DNA of 63,625 nucleotides, filler included, from Choristocarpus tenellus KU-1152 (Eukaryota > Protista > Phaeophyceae): assembly GCA_964200185.2 (NCBI GenBank). It is 11 parts of 11 records of this genome, joined end to end, with 100 filler letters (N's around TTAATTAATTAA, not from the genome) between each part and the next. Parts side by side here need not be neighbours in the genome. Positions count along the whole stretch, not along the records: positions 6,543 to 15,703 come from CAXNAD020003928.1; positions 15,804 to 21,838 come from CAXNAD020009107.1; positions 21,939 to 27,616 come from CAXNAD020010035.1; 8 more parts are not named here. The stretch is one strand, 5' to 3'. The first letter of the stretch is position 1. The number at the start of each line of letters is the position of its first letter. Positions 12,401 through 25,329 of the stretch are shown here, piece after piece. The notes under the pieces are model-generated. The model had not been told where the DNA came from, did not search any database, and saw nothing but the letters and a program-made list of their open reading frames with translations. Position numbers and translations under genes: made by a program.

Positions 12401-15080
12401 GCTGCACTGGGTGATGTTGAAGCACATATACCTTTACCACTTTGCGTTCCCTCGGTGGTAAACCTGGCACTACATCATGAAGGTCAAGGCTATTCAGGAG
12501 AACCAGGTTTGACTCTTCTGTCAGTGAGATCATTTCAGGGACACTAGCATCATGTATTTTGTGGACATCCCCCTTATCTGATGCAGTCACAAAGTGAACA
12601 AGTGAGTCCTTGGCACATGAAACCATTGTCCCACCAGGGTAACTGGGGTGGTCCAAGCAAACAAGGCCAGCAGACCCCAGTGACCTTCACGATTGAGCAC
12701 ACCGAGGAGTTGAATGTAAGGGGATGCACTCGTGTTGAATGAATAGGTTTGAACACCATCTTGACAAAATGCAAGTGCATGACTAACAGTGTTGACCAAT
12801 CAAAGCCCACTTTGCACCGTATGATCAAGAGATACTGGCAAAGGGTAGAGGCTAGCAGAATTAGCACTAATCAATCTTGTTTGGCACTGTCATGGTATAG
12901 GCAAAGAATTTAGTTGCCACGAACATACCATGTAAAAGAACACTACGGCATGAAACCTTCCTGAACAATTCCTTAGCCTGTTACATGGGGTGACAAGGGA
13001 TGATATGTAGTGCTATCTAATAGCGTAAACCAGTTTTAGGAAATTGCTACCAGTTTTAAGGTCCTTGAATCATTTTCAAAAAATATGTGAGCGCCCAAAG
13101 GACCTTATAACCCCACATCCCATTTGTTAGGTACTTACCTGCCAAGCCTGTAGAGTCCTTGTTGCTGAATAGAGCAACCATTGCCCTTCTCCATGGCCAA
13201 CCTCAGGTCCCACACCACAACACGCATGTCCCCTTGGGTTGTTCGTCTGCGCCCTAGCAGTATTGTCAGAGTGTCCATGGTGGGGTTGAAGGTCACATCG
13301 TGCACATGGTCTCCTTTGACCTGCAGATTTCACAAAACACAGTCAAGAAATATTTGCAACGTAGGTCTGCTACTGTAATGAATAACATGGACTGAAGAAT
13401 AGCACATCCTTTCTACTGATGCTAGAGCTCCAAACAAGTAACAAATGAAGTCAAAACATCAGAGCGGCAGGCCATAAAGATTGCAATGGCAATAAAGCAT
13501 AAACAAGAACACAAAACAAAAACACGTAAATTTACTGTTGACCATACCAGGCCATCCAGCTGGCACATGTGTGTTTCCCTCTTAATGTCATTGGCTGTGT
13601 ACTGCATATCCCACATGAGGACCTGTAAACATCGAAAAATGCAATCGCAGCGTTGGTCATAGGCTCAATAATTCACTCTAATGTGCCATCCACAACTTGA
13701 AGATCTATGTGCAAAATACATACTCTGAGAAGGGTTTACCTCAGCAATCATGTGGGTATGTCTCACCTGTGCATCACTCCCCACAGACACAAATTGCATG
13801 CGGTTCATGTCATCCCCCATCTTCTGTGTCTGCCTGTGACGGAGTATCTGCAAACAATGCAAGGCACACAAATAATACACAGTCACCTACGTCTACAATA
13901 GAAAATGTTGCAGTCTGCATTGATCCTCATGAAAAGTCGGCTAATTGATCCCTGGGCAATGAACTATTAATAGTGTTCTATCAAGCAACCATATGCAACA
14001 AATTGAATGTAGATAAGTTGGTATTTATCACAACATGCTTTTCACGAGATTTTAATGTAAAATGATATCAAAATTCAACGAATGAAAAGGACGTCACCTT
14101 CTGTTGATTGGTGTACTTTGGCTGCCATGAGTTTCCAAGGTGTGTGCTCACAATATGCGTAACATCGCCCTTATCCCTGTGACCTCTCAGAACCTTTACC
14201 AGTGTCCAGCACGTCCAGTCCCATAGTCTTACACAACCATCTGCACACCCGATGCCTATCCACGAGCTAGACATTATCTCAACAGAGGTAGGGGCAGCCC
14301 CAGAGAGTTGGTCGGGGGAGATGTGCCGGCACTGCCAGAAGGAAGGGATGACATAAGCAAATATAGGATAAGCTCATGACTCTCACAAGATGGACTGGAG
14401 AAAATAGAGTGCCGTTGAGTTCAGTGCCCAAATCACTCACCTCTAGTGTGACTGGATTGATGAGGAGGAGTTTCGTTGATGTCAGCACCATGATGAATTC
14501 TGGCGTTTTATCTGCGATCGTGGGCAGCGAGCAACGGCATCTCCACCACAAAACATCCTGCCAATATTTGGGTGCAAAGTTGGGGATAGGTTGAAGATTG
14601 AACTCTTCAGCCGAGTAGACCATGTCAGGAATTTGGGAGAGACCTTACACAGCTCTTGCACGCACCGGGTCATAGAACTTCACGGCTCTGACTTCACGAA
14701 TGGGCACGTCAAGCCTGGAGGGAATGTGCTCGGTTGTAAAGGCACCACCTTGTTCAGCCGAAACCTGCCCAGGGGCACCTTGCACATCCCTCAATCCTCG
14801 CTGCTGTTCCTGGAGGTCTTGTGGTGTGAAAGTTTTTACCACTTCTTTCCTGAAAGATGGAGGATTTGGCACGGCCATGAGTGCTTTGACCCATGGCTTC
14901 GACGGAACTGGTAGAGAAGCAAGATGGAGAATCCCTTACCTTGCGTAATCCCATACAATCACTCGATCCCTCTCATCAGCACTCACAACCCATGGCTTGA
15001 CAGGATGCACATCTACAACTTTGACCTTTGCCATGTTCTTGGGATCTGCCTCATAGGGATCAGGTCCATAAAACAAACAC
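9469..15080 (-). CDS. TWD40-2: TSET/TPLATE complex WD40 subunit (TWD40-2 / TTRAY2 / TstF-like)
   Basis: Twelve phase-compatible GT-AG exons: 15080-14940, 14849-14666, 14557-14441, 14331-14098, 13847-13767, 13622-13548, 13320-13139, 12684-12251, 11961-11739, 11216-11012, 10609-10046, 9906-9469. Motifs are colinear with plant TWD40-2 as recalled: VDVHPVKPWVVSADERDRVIVWDY (cf. HPTHPWLVTAD..V.VW), VRAVKFYDPDVLWW (VKQVKFYDDDVRYW), IGCADGCVRLW...GH, HPSYP..MVSCAKDS (HPRAPNLDILTCVKDS), KVYVLQHHPVQQHLLICGSRVGVIV (RVYCMVAHPLQPHLVATGTNVGIIV), RPPGFIEVMG, RALNWAK...WGY. The 5-prime end is uncertain. Confidence 0.85.
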
Positions 15081-15635
15081 CTAGCTTTGGCAGACATGAT
15101 GCGCACAACTGAAGTTACACGACTTGACTGCTAATCTGTCTACTGCTCCCTATGTTTGAGTACTTGTAGAACTACAACAAAAACGAGTATTTTGGAAGTA
15201 TTGTTGGTATGATAATATCTATTTCTATACTGCTAACTACTTGAGTTCAAAGTTTATAGTCCTAAAGTACAAAAAAAGGTTCAAGATAGAATGATCTCAC
15301 TACAGTTAGTGGCAGTCCCTTTTATGGCGACCCTATGTCAACTTGAAACGGATGGATCCCCTTCATATAGCATCTATCAAAGAACTGTCTGATATCTGTC
15401 TGCCTCAAACATCTCCAAGCAGTAACACTAAAGAACTCCGTTTTGCCTTGTGTAGCAATGTGCAAGCCAGATCTAGTCCACTCTCTTTCCCCTTGTTCAA
15501 ATTCAACAAACTGTGGTGATGTCACTTCAACAAAGGGAGGTGGAGAAAGACCCACTCCTCCACCGGTATCACTATCGCCATCACCACCACCACCTTCCTA
15601 TCTATCTATGTCTCACTCTGGTCTCCTGAAAATCC

Positions 15636-15703
15636 GAGTCAAATTATCTTGGAGGGTAGAGCTGCGTCCATTTGGGGGTCAAAATCCAATGTTGCGATTT
15701 TGA
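15636..15703 (+). mobile_element. MITE family A, left end truncated by contig edge
   Basis: GAGTCAAATTATCTTGGAGGGTAGAGCTGCGTCCATTTGGGGGTCAAAATCC. Confidence 0.8.
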
Positions 15704-16599
15704 NNNNNNNNNNNNNNNNNNNNNNNNNNNNNNNNNNNNNNNNNNNNTTAATTAATTAANNNNNNNNNNNNNNNNNNNNNNNNNNNNNNNNNNNNNNNNN
15801 NNNCTCATTTGACTTGGCATGGATTATCTGGTTCAGAGGCCTGGGCCCCCATGAGTGAGCCTTAGTGAGCAGGTGACAACATCGCATAAACGGGAAATAA
15901 TGGAAAGAGAATGGAGAGACAACAACGCGCATGTTCTCCGGGTGAAGATGGTCTCTTCTGGCGTCAAAATCATCCTTAAATGCGCGGTTCGCACGAAACG
16001 CGCGCTTGGACTACTTGGTTTAAGTATGGTCCTGTATTTCTCACGATTACTGTAAGTTGATCAACCGAGACCCATCAAATAAGGTAGAGTATGCTGATCC
16101 GATTACAGCAAACGAATTTTCATGAAAAAAAATGTTGTTGATCAAGAGTTGTGGCACGACAAAGCTGATGAAGGAGACGACTGCCAACACGGTATTGTTT
16201 CATACTTGAAATGAGAAATTTCATAACATTTGGTAATTTAAAACACTAATAGCAGAACACAGGGTGATAGATAAGACTTTCTTATAGTGAATTTCATTTT
16301 GCCCAAACACTCTAAAATAATTGAGCAAAAGATTATAACTTCCTATTCAACTTCAAGTTGGTGTATTAAGATATGTTTAACATAATGCATTATACTCAAT
16401 ACTTACATATTTTGATCCCAAGCTGTAAATAATCTCACCTTAAACAATACAACATTCAAGAGTGTGTAATATCCATAACACAAAAAAACTCAAATATACA
16501 AACACTATGTTAAAATTTGTAACAATCCACTACTAAAAAAATACAAGACTGTTTTCTGCTAAGCTCGTGATGACTCAATTCGATAACTTACACAATATA

Positions 16600-16730
16600 C
16601 CCAGGAAGGCAGTAGTACAACATATATAGTGGTGAAATAACAAATAGATTAGTGTCTTTCACATTTATGACATTATATTTCTTTAGTGCTTATATACACA
16701 TCTGGAAAATGTCAGAGGGCATAATATTAA
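16600..16730 (+). repeat. Family C dispersed repeat (LINE/SINE-like 3-prime end with TAA tail)
   Basis: ggaaggcagtagtacaa...aaatgtcagagggcataat is shared with 35380-35522, 43553-43779, 57427-57648 and 58200-58350. Confidence 0.6.
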
Positions 16731-17199
16731 AAAATAATGTACAATATAGTATATCTGCCGTTTTAACATAACATAGTTATGTTTTAACAAAAAAAAACTT
16801 GCTTTCAACTATCATACAGCATTTTTTGTGTATGGCTCAACACTCTCCAAAATGTTGTGGTACCACCCCACAATTTTGTACCGTAACATAACAACGTTAC
16901 ATGGAAGGATTCCCTTCAAAAATCAGCACTGCTGGACAAGTGTGCAAAGACTTACCCATACTATGTGATTGTTGGCAGAGGAATAAATTGCACCTACTTC
17001 CACAGGTCGATGTTTAATATGCAACAGAGCCAACCTCACCTTCTCAAGTAGGACTTTCGAGAATACACCTCCTACCCTCTCACTGTTGTTGCAGAAAAAA
17101 TATCCAAGATGAGTACGTACTTGCAAAAAATAAAAATTGACATTTTGTACAATAATATAGTATATTGTCAGGTGGCAACTCTTAAGGGTCATTCTACCC

Positions 17200-19700
17200 A
17201 GTCATGCCTTGACAATTCAGATGATACTTGTCGGCTATAGTCGTAGGGGAAGAGGCTGCCAACACCAAGGCTGAGACGATAGGCAGCCGTAGCTCCTGCG
17301 CCACCTTGCTTACAGGCTGGGATAACCCTGTGACTCAAGGGTGACATTTTACCATAGTAGGTTACATTATACCTATCACCCTGGTTGTAAAATGGTTGAT
17401 GGGGAAGAATTCGGGATTGGGGCTACGATGTATTATTACTTAGGGAGGATTCGTTGTCATCCTTGCAACAAGCATTAACAAGTCACCACAGTGAAGGAAA
17501 GTGATAGCAGGGGAACATGGTATAGTGCCCAATAGCAGGATAATCAGTTCAAGTCAATCAAAGGGTCAGGAGGAGATTCAGGGCAGAATAGTGTGGTAAA
17601 TTGATATGGATATATGCTTACGTTTACAGTGGCATGGCACGAGCGTCTCCAACAGTTTCGAGTTGAACGAGTGGTGGAAATGGGTGTGTTTAGGTTGAAA
17701 GGGGGATATATAAACATGCTACATTGTCTTATTTAAAAAAACGGATAATTGACTAGGAAGAGTTGGAATGTTTAGATGGAACCCTGAACCATATCAGAGT
17801 AATGTACACTTTGCTGATCCCACGTGCATTATATAACTATGGATTTCTCACGACCAAGACAACTCACTGACAGCTATGACTGGTCCACATTAATACATGT
17901 ACGTTACACGCTCTAGTCTTTACACAACCCATCCAGACTAGTCACTAACAGATTGTGCAAGGCGCTGATGATGATAGCGCATGAACTATGTTTTAGCTGT
18001 GGATTGATCCCTGACTAGGTGTGGGATGTGGACTCGAGAACACAGGTATGGCATAGACATTGGATTGAGGTGATCATCAACAGCCTTCCAGGGTAAGAAA
18101 AGTCCAAGAACTAATATTCCTAGAAAGAAAAGGGCAGGGGGGGGAGGAGAGACTTAGAGAAGCCCTAATCAAACCAGTCCAAACCTTTCAAAGCACTCAG
18201 TGCTACAGTTCCTATCTCATGACGTCCAGCAGTAAAAAGAAAATCACGAGTAATACAGAGGTATGGCGTAGGTCATATCTGGGGAGATACAAATGAAAAC
18301 CTAAAGGGGAAGTCCAATGTCAGAAATACAAGAAGGGTGTTGGTAGCCAAGAACTAGGGTACAAAGTATGGGGAGGAATAGCCTGGAATCACAGAACCCG
18401 ATAATGACTACAAGGGACATTATGAGGGTACAATATACCATAACCCAAGCAGATTACACCTGAGACTAGCTGGTTTGGGCGATGTATGTTTTAATCCAAA
18501 TATATATATATATTAAAACAACCTGAGGGGATAGATATAGGCCAGGTGACGAAGTTTCAGGGCCAAAGAAGATGGAGTCAAGTCTGATGGTGAAGTATGA
18601 GGTTTAGAGAATGAAAGAATGGGTTTGACTATTGATGATTTTGATACAACTTAAGAGGGAGGAGTCGTCAGTAGGAGAGAACCTCAGGTCATATGAGAAC
18701 ACCTTTCAAATCAACTCACAAATTCTCGAGCGCAAAAGAAAAGGAAAGTTCAAGAGTCGAGGGAGCTGAAGAAAGAAAGAAGCATACAAGAGGACTGAAG
18801 ACATCCGTGCATGATAAGTACTATAAAGGAATTGGGGAGAAGGAGAATGGTAAGGAGTGTACTAAGGTGTTAAGTTGACTATTGTGGTGGGAAATGATAG
18901 AAATATACAGGAGAAGAGGATACGTGTCTACATTAGGGCTAGGGCTGAAAAGGGGTGAAGCATACATAGAAACTCCAATACTCCGCAAATACTGCCGTGA
19001 CCGGCCAACAAACCATACATCTCCAATTCCTATACTCAAGAGGGGGCTTGGGAGGAGTGGGTCAAGCGTGGTACATACAAAATAACTTGAGTATTGTACA
19101 GAGCCCAGTAGTCAGGAATGGCAAGCGAAAAAAAGGTAGGTTATATGCGACCCAAGTTGGGGAGGGCAGACAACTGAGTTGGTAGAGGAAGCGACAGGAC
19201 AAACAACAGGTAGGGTTGAGGTTTAGGGCTCCAAGGTTTTCAACAAACAATTTCTTGACTTTCATCCGCTAACACACTTACAAAAATAATTTGTATCCAG
19301 GCCAGAAGCATGAGAAGGGGTCATCCAGGAGTGGGGAATCAACCTTGGATAGTGGAACAGCGACAGAACTCAAAAATGAGACTGGAGTATGGGTGATACT
19401 CAGGGATGGCGGGAGTGGAAGGTGATCATGTGAGGCCAAGCTGCAGGTGTCCTGAGAGGGTTGGTCAAGGAGCTCAAGCAGAGACCGGAAGAATGTGCTA
19501 CACTTGGGCAGGATAAGAGGAGTCACAATAATGGCAACAATCGGAGCATCGGAGTTAATGGTACGGAAGAAGGGGAGGTGGAAGTAGGGGTTATTTATGG
19601 TATATGTTAGGGCCAACCAGAGAGACCCAGTACGAGTTTTCGTACTGTCTGGCAGAGAGTAGGAAGGATTGGGTGCAGCCGGGGCAGGGGGGAGAAGTGT
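17200..19700 (-). mobile_element. Possible highly decayed non-LTR retrotransposon relic
   Basis: Strong purine skew on the plus strand and fragmented minus-strand ORFs with weak APE-like remnants (DFFLLLD near 18240, DDH near 18070). No intact domain. Confidence 0.3.
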
Positions 19701-19947
19701 GAACTAGAATAGACATCAACCCAGAAGGGGGGGAGGTCAAGTTCTTGCGGGGTAGATGTCTTCTAGTTCAACAGCACGGTATGTAGTGGACGATGAAGCA
19801 GTGTTCTTGGAGGATTGTGGGGTGGTGTTGAGTGTTGTGGAGAAGCGGAAATTGGTGGAAAGTGTTGGGGAGGGGAGTGGTGTTGAATGGTGTGGTGGAG
19901 TGGTAAGTGGTGTGGGGTTGTGTGGGGTTGAAAGGTGAGGTGGTGAG

Positions 19948-20155
19948 TGGAAATCAGTGTTGAAGGGGTCGCACCGGTTAGTCATTGAATGTGGGGGAGT
20001 CTGGAAATTAGTGGCAAAAAGGGGTTCACACTGGTTGGTCATCAGATGTGAGGGTGACTTGAAATCAGTGGCGGAAGGGGTTCGCACTGGTTGATCATTG
20101 GATGTGGGGGTGACTTGAAATCATTGGCGAAAGGGGTTTACACTGGTTGGTCACA
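19948..20155. repeat. Tandem repeat, ~57-bp unit, ~3.5 copies
   Basis: gaaatcagtggc.gaaggggttcgcactggttggtcat.ggatgtgggggtgactt units. They read as TDFKSPSHLMTNQCEP-like repeats in ORF 19737-20087 (minus). Confidence 0.8.
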
Positions 20156-20521
20156 AGTGGTGATACAATGAGGAGGAGGAGAATGGGTGGAATGCAAACA
20201 TAGAATAAATAATAATAATCCAGAATTCGTGAGCAAAACAAACTGATCATACACCTTGTTGTCATGTGAAATGGTCCTGGTTCTGAATTGCAGTAACTAA
20301 TATTTTTATACTATTTATATTATTTTACTTTTTCAGTTCGAAGGATATTTTTTTTAGAGGAGGTTCTGACACAGCTACCTACCTACCAACAGAAATCTCG
20401 TTAGCAGGTCTCCACGGCCGCATGTCCAAAAAAAGACAAGTCCTCGCCCATACGCGGTTTAAAGCTTCGCTTCTCAGTCACATATATCTTACACTGTACT
20501 CGGAGTATCCGTCTCACATTA

Positions 20522-20672
20522 GACCCAGAGCATTTAAGCGGGTAGGGACGCGTCCGTTCGGGATCGTAAATACAAGGTTGCGATTTTGATTAGTTTTGGG
20601 TACTGTGTTTGTTAGCAAGCGTCAATACCCTCCCTTGCTTCGGACACATCTTTCATAGTCGTACACATTTTA
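20522..20672 (+). mobile_element. Diverged MITE family A copy
   Basis: gggtagggacgcgtccgtt...ttgcgattttga...tgtttgttag...cggacacatctttcata matches the family A internal sequence. Confidence 0.55.
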
Positions 20673-21145
20673 GGTATCTCTGTTCATTATTATGCCTACT
20701 GACATTTTACAGATATTGTCGTGGAGAACGTGAAGAAATACAGGGCAAATAATGTAACAAACACAGCAATAGCAGAGTTTTGTATTGCTTGCGGGAAAGA
20801 CCTGATACATTAAAGAGAATTGTCATGTTTTGGAAAACAAGAAACGATTATACACTACTCCAATTATGTATGAAACTCCTATTTTCCTAAATTTGTGCTT
20901 GAAGGGAAGAGTACAATAAGTACATAGAAGATATTAGTAACTGTCACGACACACACATGGAGCAGTAGACATTTCTAACCATTGCCAAGCACCCATTTAT
21001 TCCCTTTCACCTGTGCCCAAACCATTTTTTGTTGAACATTGTAGAGAGCCAAACCAATTGCGAGGAAGGAAGGGTTGGATTTAAGAATCCTGAGAAAGGG
21101 CAAAAATATTACATTTTGTACAATTACACAAAGAGCCTTAGCTTG

Positions 21146-21432
21146 ATTGTGGCGTCACTTTGTGTGTGGAAAGGGGGGATATCAATTTCGTGTACACTAT
21201 TGTGCACACAGAGCAGTCAAATAGAGTGTGTTGCACAGGGTAAGAAAGATGGCTTGAGTCAAACCAACTGAGATGTAGGCGGGGGTGTATTTTAAGGATC
21301 CCGAGGAAGGGTAAACTTTACTGAATTGTGGTGTCACTTAGTATGTGGAGAGGGGGAATATCAATTTTCCATGCACGATTTTGCACGTAGAGGAATGAAA
21401 TAGAGTGTATTGCACAGGGAAATGAAGATGCC
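21146..21432. repeat. Diverged direct repeat (~105 bp, 180-bp period)
   Basis: attgtgg.gtcactt.gt.tgtgga.aggggg...aaatagagtgt.ttgcacaggg occurs at 21146 and 21326. Confidence 0.7.
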
Positions 21433-22185
21433 TTAGAATGCGTAGGGGTCAAAATCTGTATACCTCTCGATTGGTTGGTTCTGAGAGGATGCTTGGCTCT
21501 AAATTCGATTGGTCTTGATTCTGTTTAGCAGGGCCCTGGCCTGTGATGCCTCTATTACTAATTTCGACTTCCCCGTTGACCAGTTTGAAGGTCAAACGTA
21601 CAGACCCCATGGCTGGACATGTACTATTTTAGGTCAATCATCAAATTCCACACAAGCCAGCACAGATCCCCCTAATACACCCCACCCCTTTTACACAGGT
21701 ACAGTCCCTGTCTTTGTCATTTCTCCTGGTACAGGGGGAGCACCATGTTGCTATCTGGTGGAGCTTCTCTTTTTTCTCAGGCATAGACCACACAGCCACC
21801 CCTCCATGCCCTTCCCGCTCCTGCTAATGCTCGGGCACNNNNNNNNNNNNNNNNNNNNNNNNNNNNNNNNNNNNNNNNNNNNTTAATTAATTAANNNNNN
21901 NNNNNNNNNNNNNNNNNNNNNNNNNNNNNNNNNNNNNNTAAGAGGGCAATCATTAGTGATGAAGCTATCAGAACCTTTTACTAGTGATTAGCTGTATGAG
22001 AACGTTTCTCAAATCAAAGGAGATACTTCTGATATGATGGGGTGCTGCATGTCCCACTTAGCTTTAATCAATCACTCTACAGACATCAAGCAATCTCCCA
22101 GGGTTTATTACCTATATTCTTTAGATGATTTGGGCGATACTTAACACAATTTTTTGAACCTTAGGTTTCTAACCCATCATTTCTC

Positions 22186-24970
22186 ATGTCTTCACATGGA
22201 GATGAGATTCTACCTGTTCCTGCCGAGGGCCCATCTGTTCAAGAAATTTGGCACCTTATGGCGACGGTAGCGGATCTGTCAATAAACGTTGGCAATCTCA
22301 TGTTGCAGTCTGATAAAGTTGGCGACGGAAATCATCCCATCGTCCAGGCTGCTGTGCCCAGCACACGGCCTCCGGCTGGGCACCTACCAGCCGAAGTGCG
22401 TCCTATGGAACCCATATTGAGGGAAAATTTCCCAGAGAGGGGAAACAGTTCCGATGCTGTGAGCGGCAGAAGTGGGGCGAGCCAGAGGTCCGGTTCTTCG
22501 AAGAGTGGGGTCAGGCGCACATATTGTTCGCCCTAAGACTAAGAGATCAAGGACTCAGCCACCAAATTTATTAGACGACTCGGACTACTGGGACTGGTGG
22601 AGGCGCTTCATCGTGCATTGCCGATATACCCACTGCCTGTGTGCGTTAACAAGTGAAAGACCAGTTAACCAAGAAAACTCTACGAGGGGCTTCTCTCGGA
22701 TGGCTTCAGAGCGAAAGATATCTGGATGGTCAAAGAGGCTTACCATGCACTTAATGTTGCTCTTGTCGCACTCACTACCGGAGCTGTGTACTATACACAC
22801 CAAAGCTCAAGGGAGCTTTTCCAAGCAATAGATGATTGGTTCATGCCTAATACGGTGGGTAATAGCCCAACATTTGTTCTGTGGGTTTTTCTCTTCGAAG
22901 GTGGAGAAGGGGCGAAACTGTTGAAACACTAGTAAACCCCTGAGCTACCGAGCAGATAGTCAGCACCCGCTTGAAGGAGCTACGGGGTAGGATGCTATCA
23001 ATGGACCTCGTCATCTCGGTCAAGCTACTGCTCCTATAGTTTCTGAGTGCTCTCGGATCAGATTATGATACCAAGATATGCATGATGGCCTTGCAGAGGA
23101 CACTATGTCGAGCAGACATAGAATTAGATTTAGATAAACCTGTTCGAGAGCGATATGCTTCCCTTCATGAGGGGAAGGACTCAAGACACAAGAATAGCCA
23201 CGCGTTGGTTGTTAGCATCTCGTCACAGAGGATGAATCAGTGTCCTCGTAATGGGCAAGGTTGTGGGTTCGAACGTAAAGTTCATGGTGGAAGAAATAAA
23301 AATGGTTCTAACTCCAACCCTCAAAGTTCCGCGAAGATTCCTTGTGAGAGATTTGGTAAGAATGGACATGAGAAGGGAGGTTGCCCAAGTCGCATTTGCA
23401 CCAAGTGTGGTGGACGTGCCCATGATGCTGCAACCTGTACTTCAGTTTTCATGGCTACGGTGGAGTCTGGGAAAGTAAAGAACGAGACCTAGGTGAAACC
23501 TTCTCACATTACTGTGGAAAGTGTGACCAGCAGTGACGGTAACGAGCAGTACGCACTACTGGCTGCCACAGATGACTCTCCGAGCAGCAATGCTCCAGAC
23601 GAGTGTGGGGTAAATGAACGTTTGGTGTCAAGTGTTGGGGTTTGCAGCGAGAGTTAAGAGTGGACTTTCGACAGTGCAACTTCATGTCACATAACATACA
23701 TGATGACACACACATGACTAACTACAAGCCTTATGTAGGAGATCGAAGGGTAGTTACTGCCAGTCAAAATTCCTTTCGTGTCGCTGGTCATGGTGATATA
23801 ACAATCTTGTTTCCCTCATGTGACAACAAGGAAGTAGAGAGTATCTACTCCTTCAAAATGTCGCCCATGTCCCAGATCTTGGATTCACTATTTTTTCTTG
23901 CCAAGCCGCAGCTGATATGGATGCGAAATACATTGCACAGCCAGTTCATTTTCGTTACTAGATGGCAACTTATCTTCATAAGAAATTCTGGTTGTCATTA
24001 TGCCCTCCATTGTCAACGCATATTGCCACGACTGGGTCGAAATGCTGAAGTTGCTTTGAAGGCCACCATAGCCCCCTCGCTTGCACCTCACACTCCCCAC
24101 TCTGACGTTGACATTAACTTCTTCCATCGCTCTTATTGTCACGTACATGAGGTAGTGCTCAAGTCCACTGCCACTTCAATGGGTATCACATTGCTGAGTG
24201 AGCTGGAGTCATGTGCAGGCTGCTCTACGAGCAAGGGCATACAGAAGGACGTCCATTCCAGCACGTCTAAAAGGGTGGTGAGAAACCTGGGTCGGGTTTT
24301 TGTCGATCTAAGTGGGAATAGGGCTACCCTTTCAATCAGTGTAAACAATACACCATGATAATCCAGGACGACTAGTCTCGTTTTGTTTGGTTGTACTTCC
24401 TTCGTGCTAAGTCGGATGCTACCGAAGCCTTTAAGAAGACCCGGGTGATATTTGGACTGACGGTAACTCCCTCTCAGGTCATGTGTGTGCGGTCTGATAA
24501 TGGGGGGGAATTTTATGAGGATACTTTCGGTGCTCTTTGCCGTGGTTGTGGGATAAAACAGGAGTTTACACCTGCAGACAGTCCTGAATTTAATGGAGTC
24601 GCTGAACGCATGCTGGGTATTATTGATGAAGCTTCATTAGCTGCCCGCCTTCAAGCTCCACTACTTTTCCCCCATGTCACTATCCCCAAGACAGACTCCC
24701 TATGGGCTGAAGCTCAACACTATGCATGTGACTCACTTAATCGCACATCGACCATGGCAAACCCTGGTTGTAATCACCGTATGAAATGTGGTATGGCACC
24801 CCTGCACCCCTGTTGACCTACCAATTTCTTCAACCTGGTTTTTGCTGTCTTAGTAAATCCCGTAAGAATTTTTAAAAGGCTCAACGGTGTTTTTATCTGA
24901 GACCAGGGATCAATCACCCCCGTAATGTGCACCGTGTTCTTATTTCGACTGGTGCCATAGTTACTACACG
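22186..24970 (+). mobile_element. Decayed Ty1/Copia LTR retrotransposon (gag, protease, GAG-pre-integrase, integrase); RT and RNase H missing
   Basis: Zinc knuckle CTKCGGRAHDAATC, protease WTFDSATSCHIT (~23660), HRSYCHVH...ESCAGC, and integrase VFVDLSG, VRSDNGGEF, QEFTPADSPEFNGVAER. Order is PR then INT, with many frameshifts and stops. Confidence 0.92.
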
Positions 24971-24978
24971 TAACCTGA

Positions 24979-25050
24979 GGGCCAAAGTATCTTAGAGGGT
25001 AGAGGCGCGTCCATTTAGGGGCCAAAATCCAATGTTGCGATTTTGACGTA
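24979..25050 (+). mobile_element. MITE family A left end at the point where the Copia breaks off
   Basis: GGGCCAAAGTATCTTAGAGGGTAGAGGCGCGTCCATTTAGGGGCCAAAATCCAATGTTGCGATTTTGA. Confidence 0.75.
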
Positions 25051-25329
25051 ATTGAATAGGACCTGGTCGTACAGAGGGGGGGCAGTAGTTCTGTGGGGTC
25101 ATGTGTTATATACTGGAGGAGGGGGAGTCATTCCTACCAAGTAACATGTTTTCTGTTATGAACAACCGTGTGTGTTGTTGCTGGAGTATGTGGGATGGGG
25201 ATTAGTACAGGAAAAGGCAAATGCATTGTCACACATGCGGTGTCCACCGCATCCCTTTGGTCCTGATGACCACATACCGACCTTTCACTTCGTGTTGGCC
25301 TTATCTGAACACCCTGTGTCATCTTCGTC

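Noticed and set aside
14940-15080. Coatomer alpha or beta-prime subunit (VDVHPxxPW)
   Set aside because: Downstream motifs (VKFYD, CxKDS, HPxQxHL...GVIV) fit TWD40-2/TstF better.
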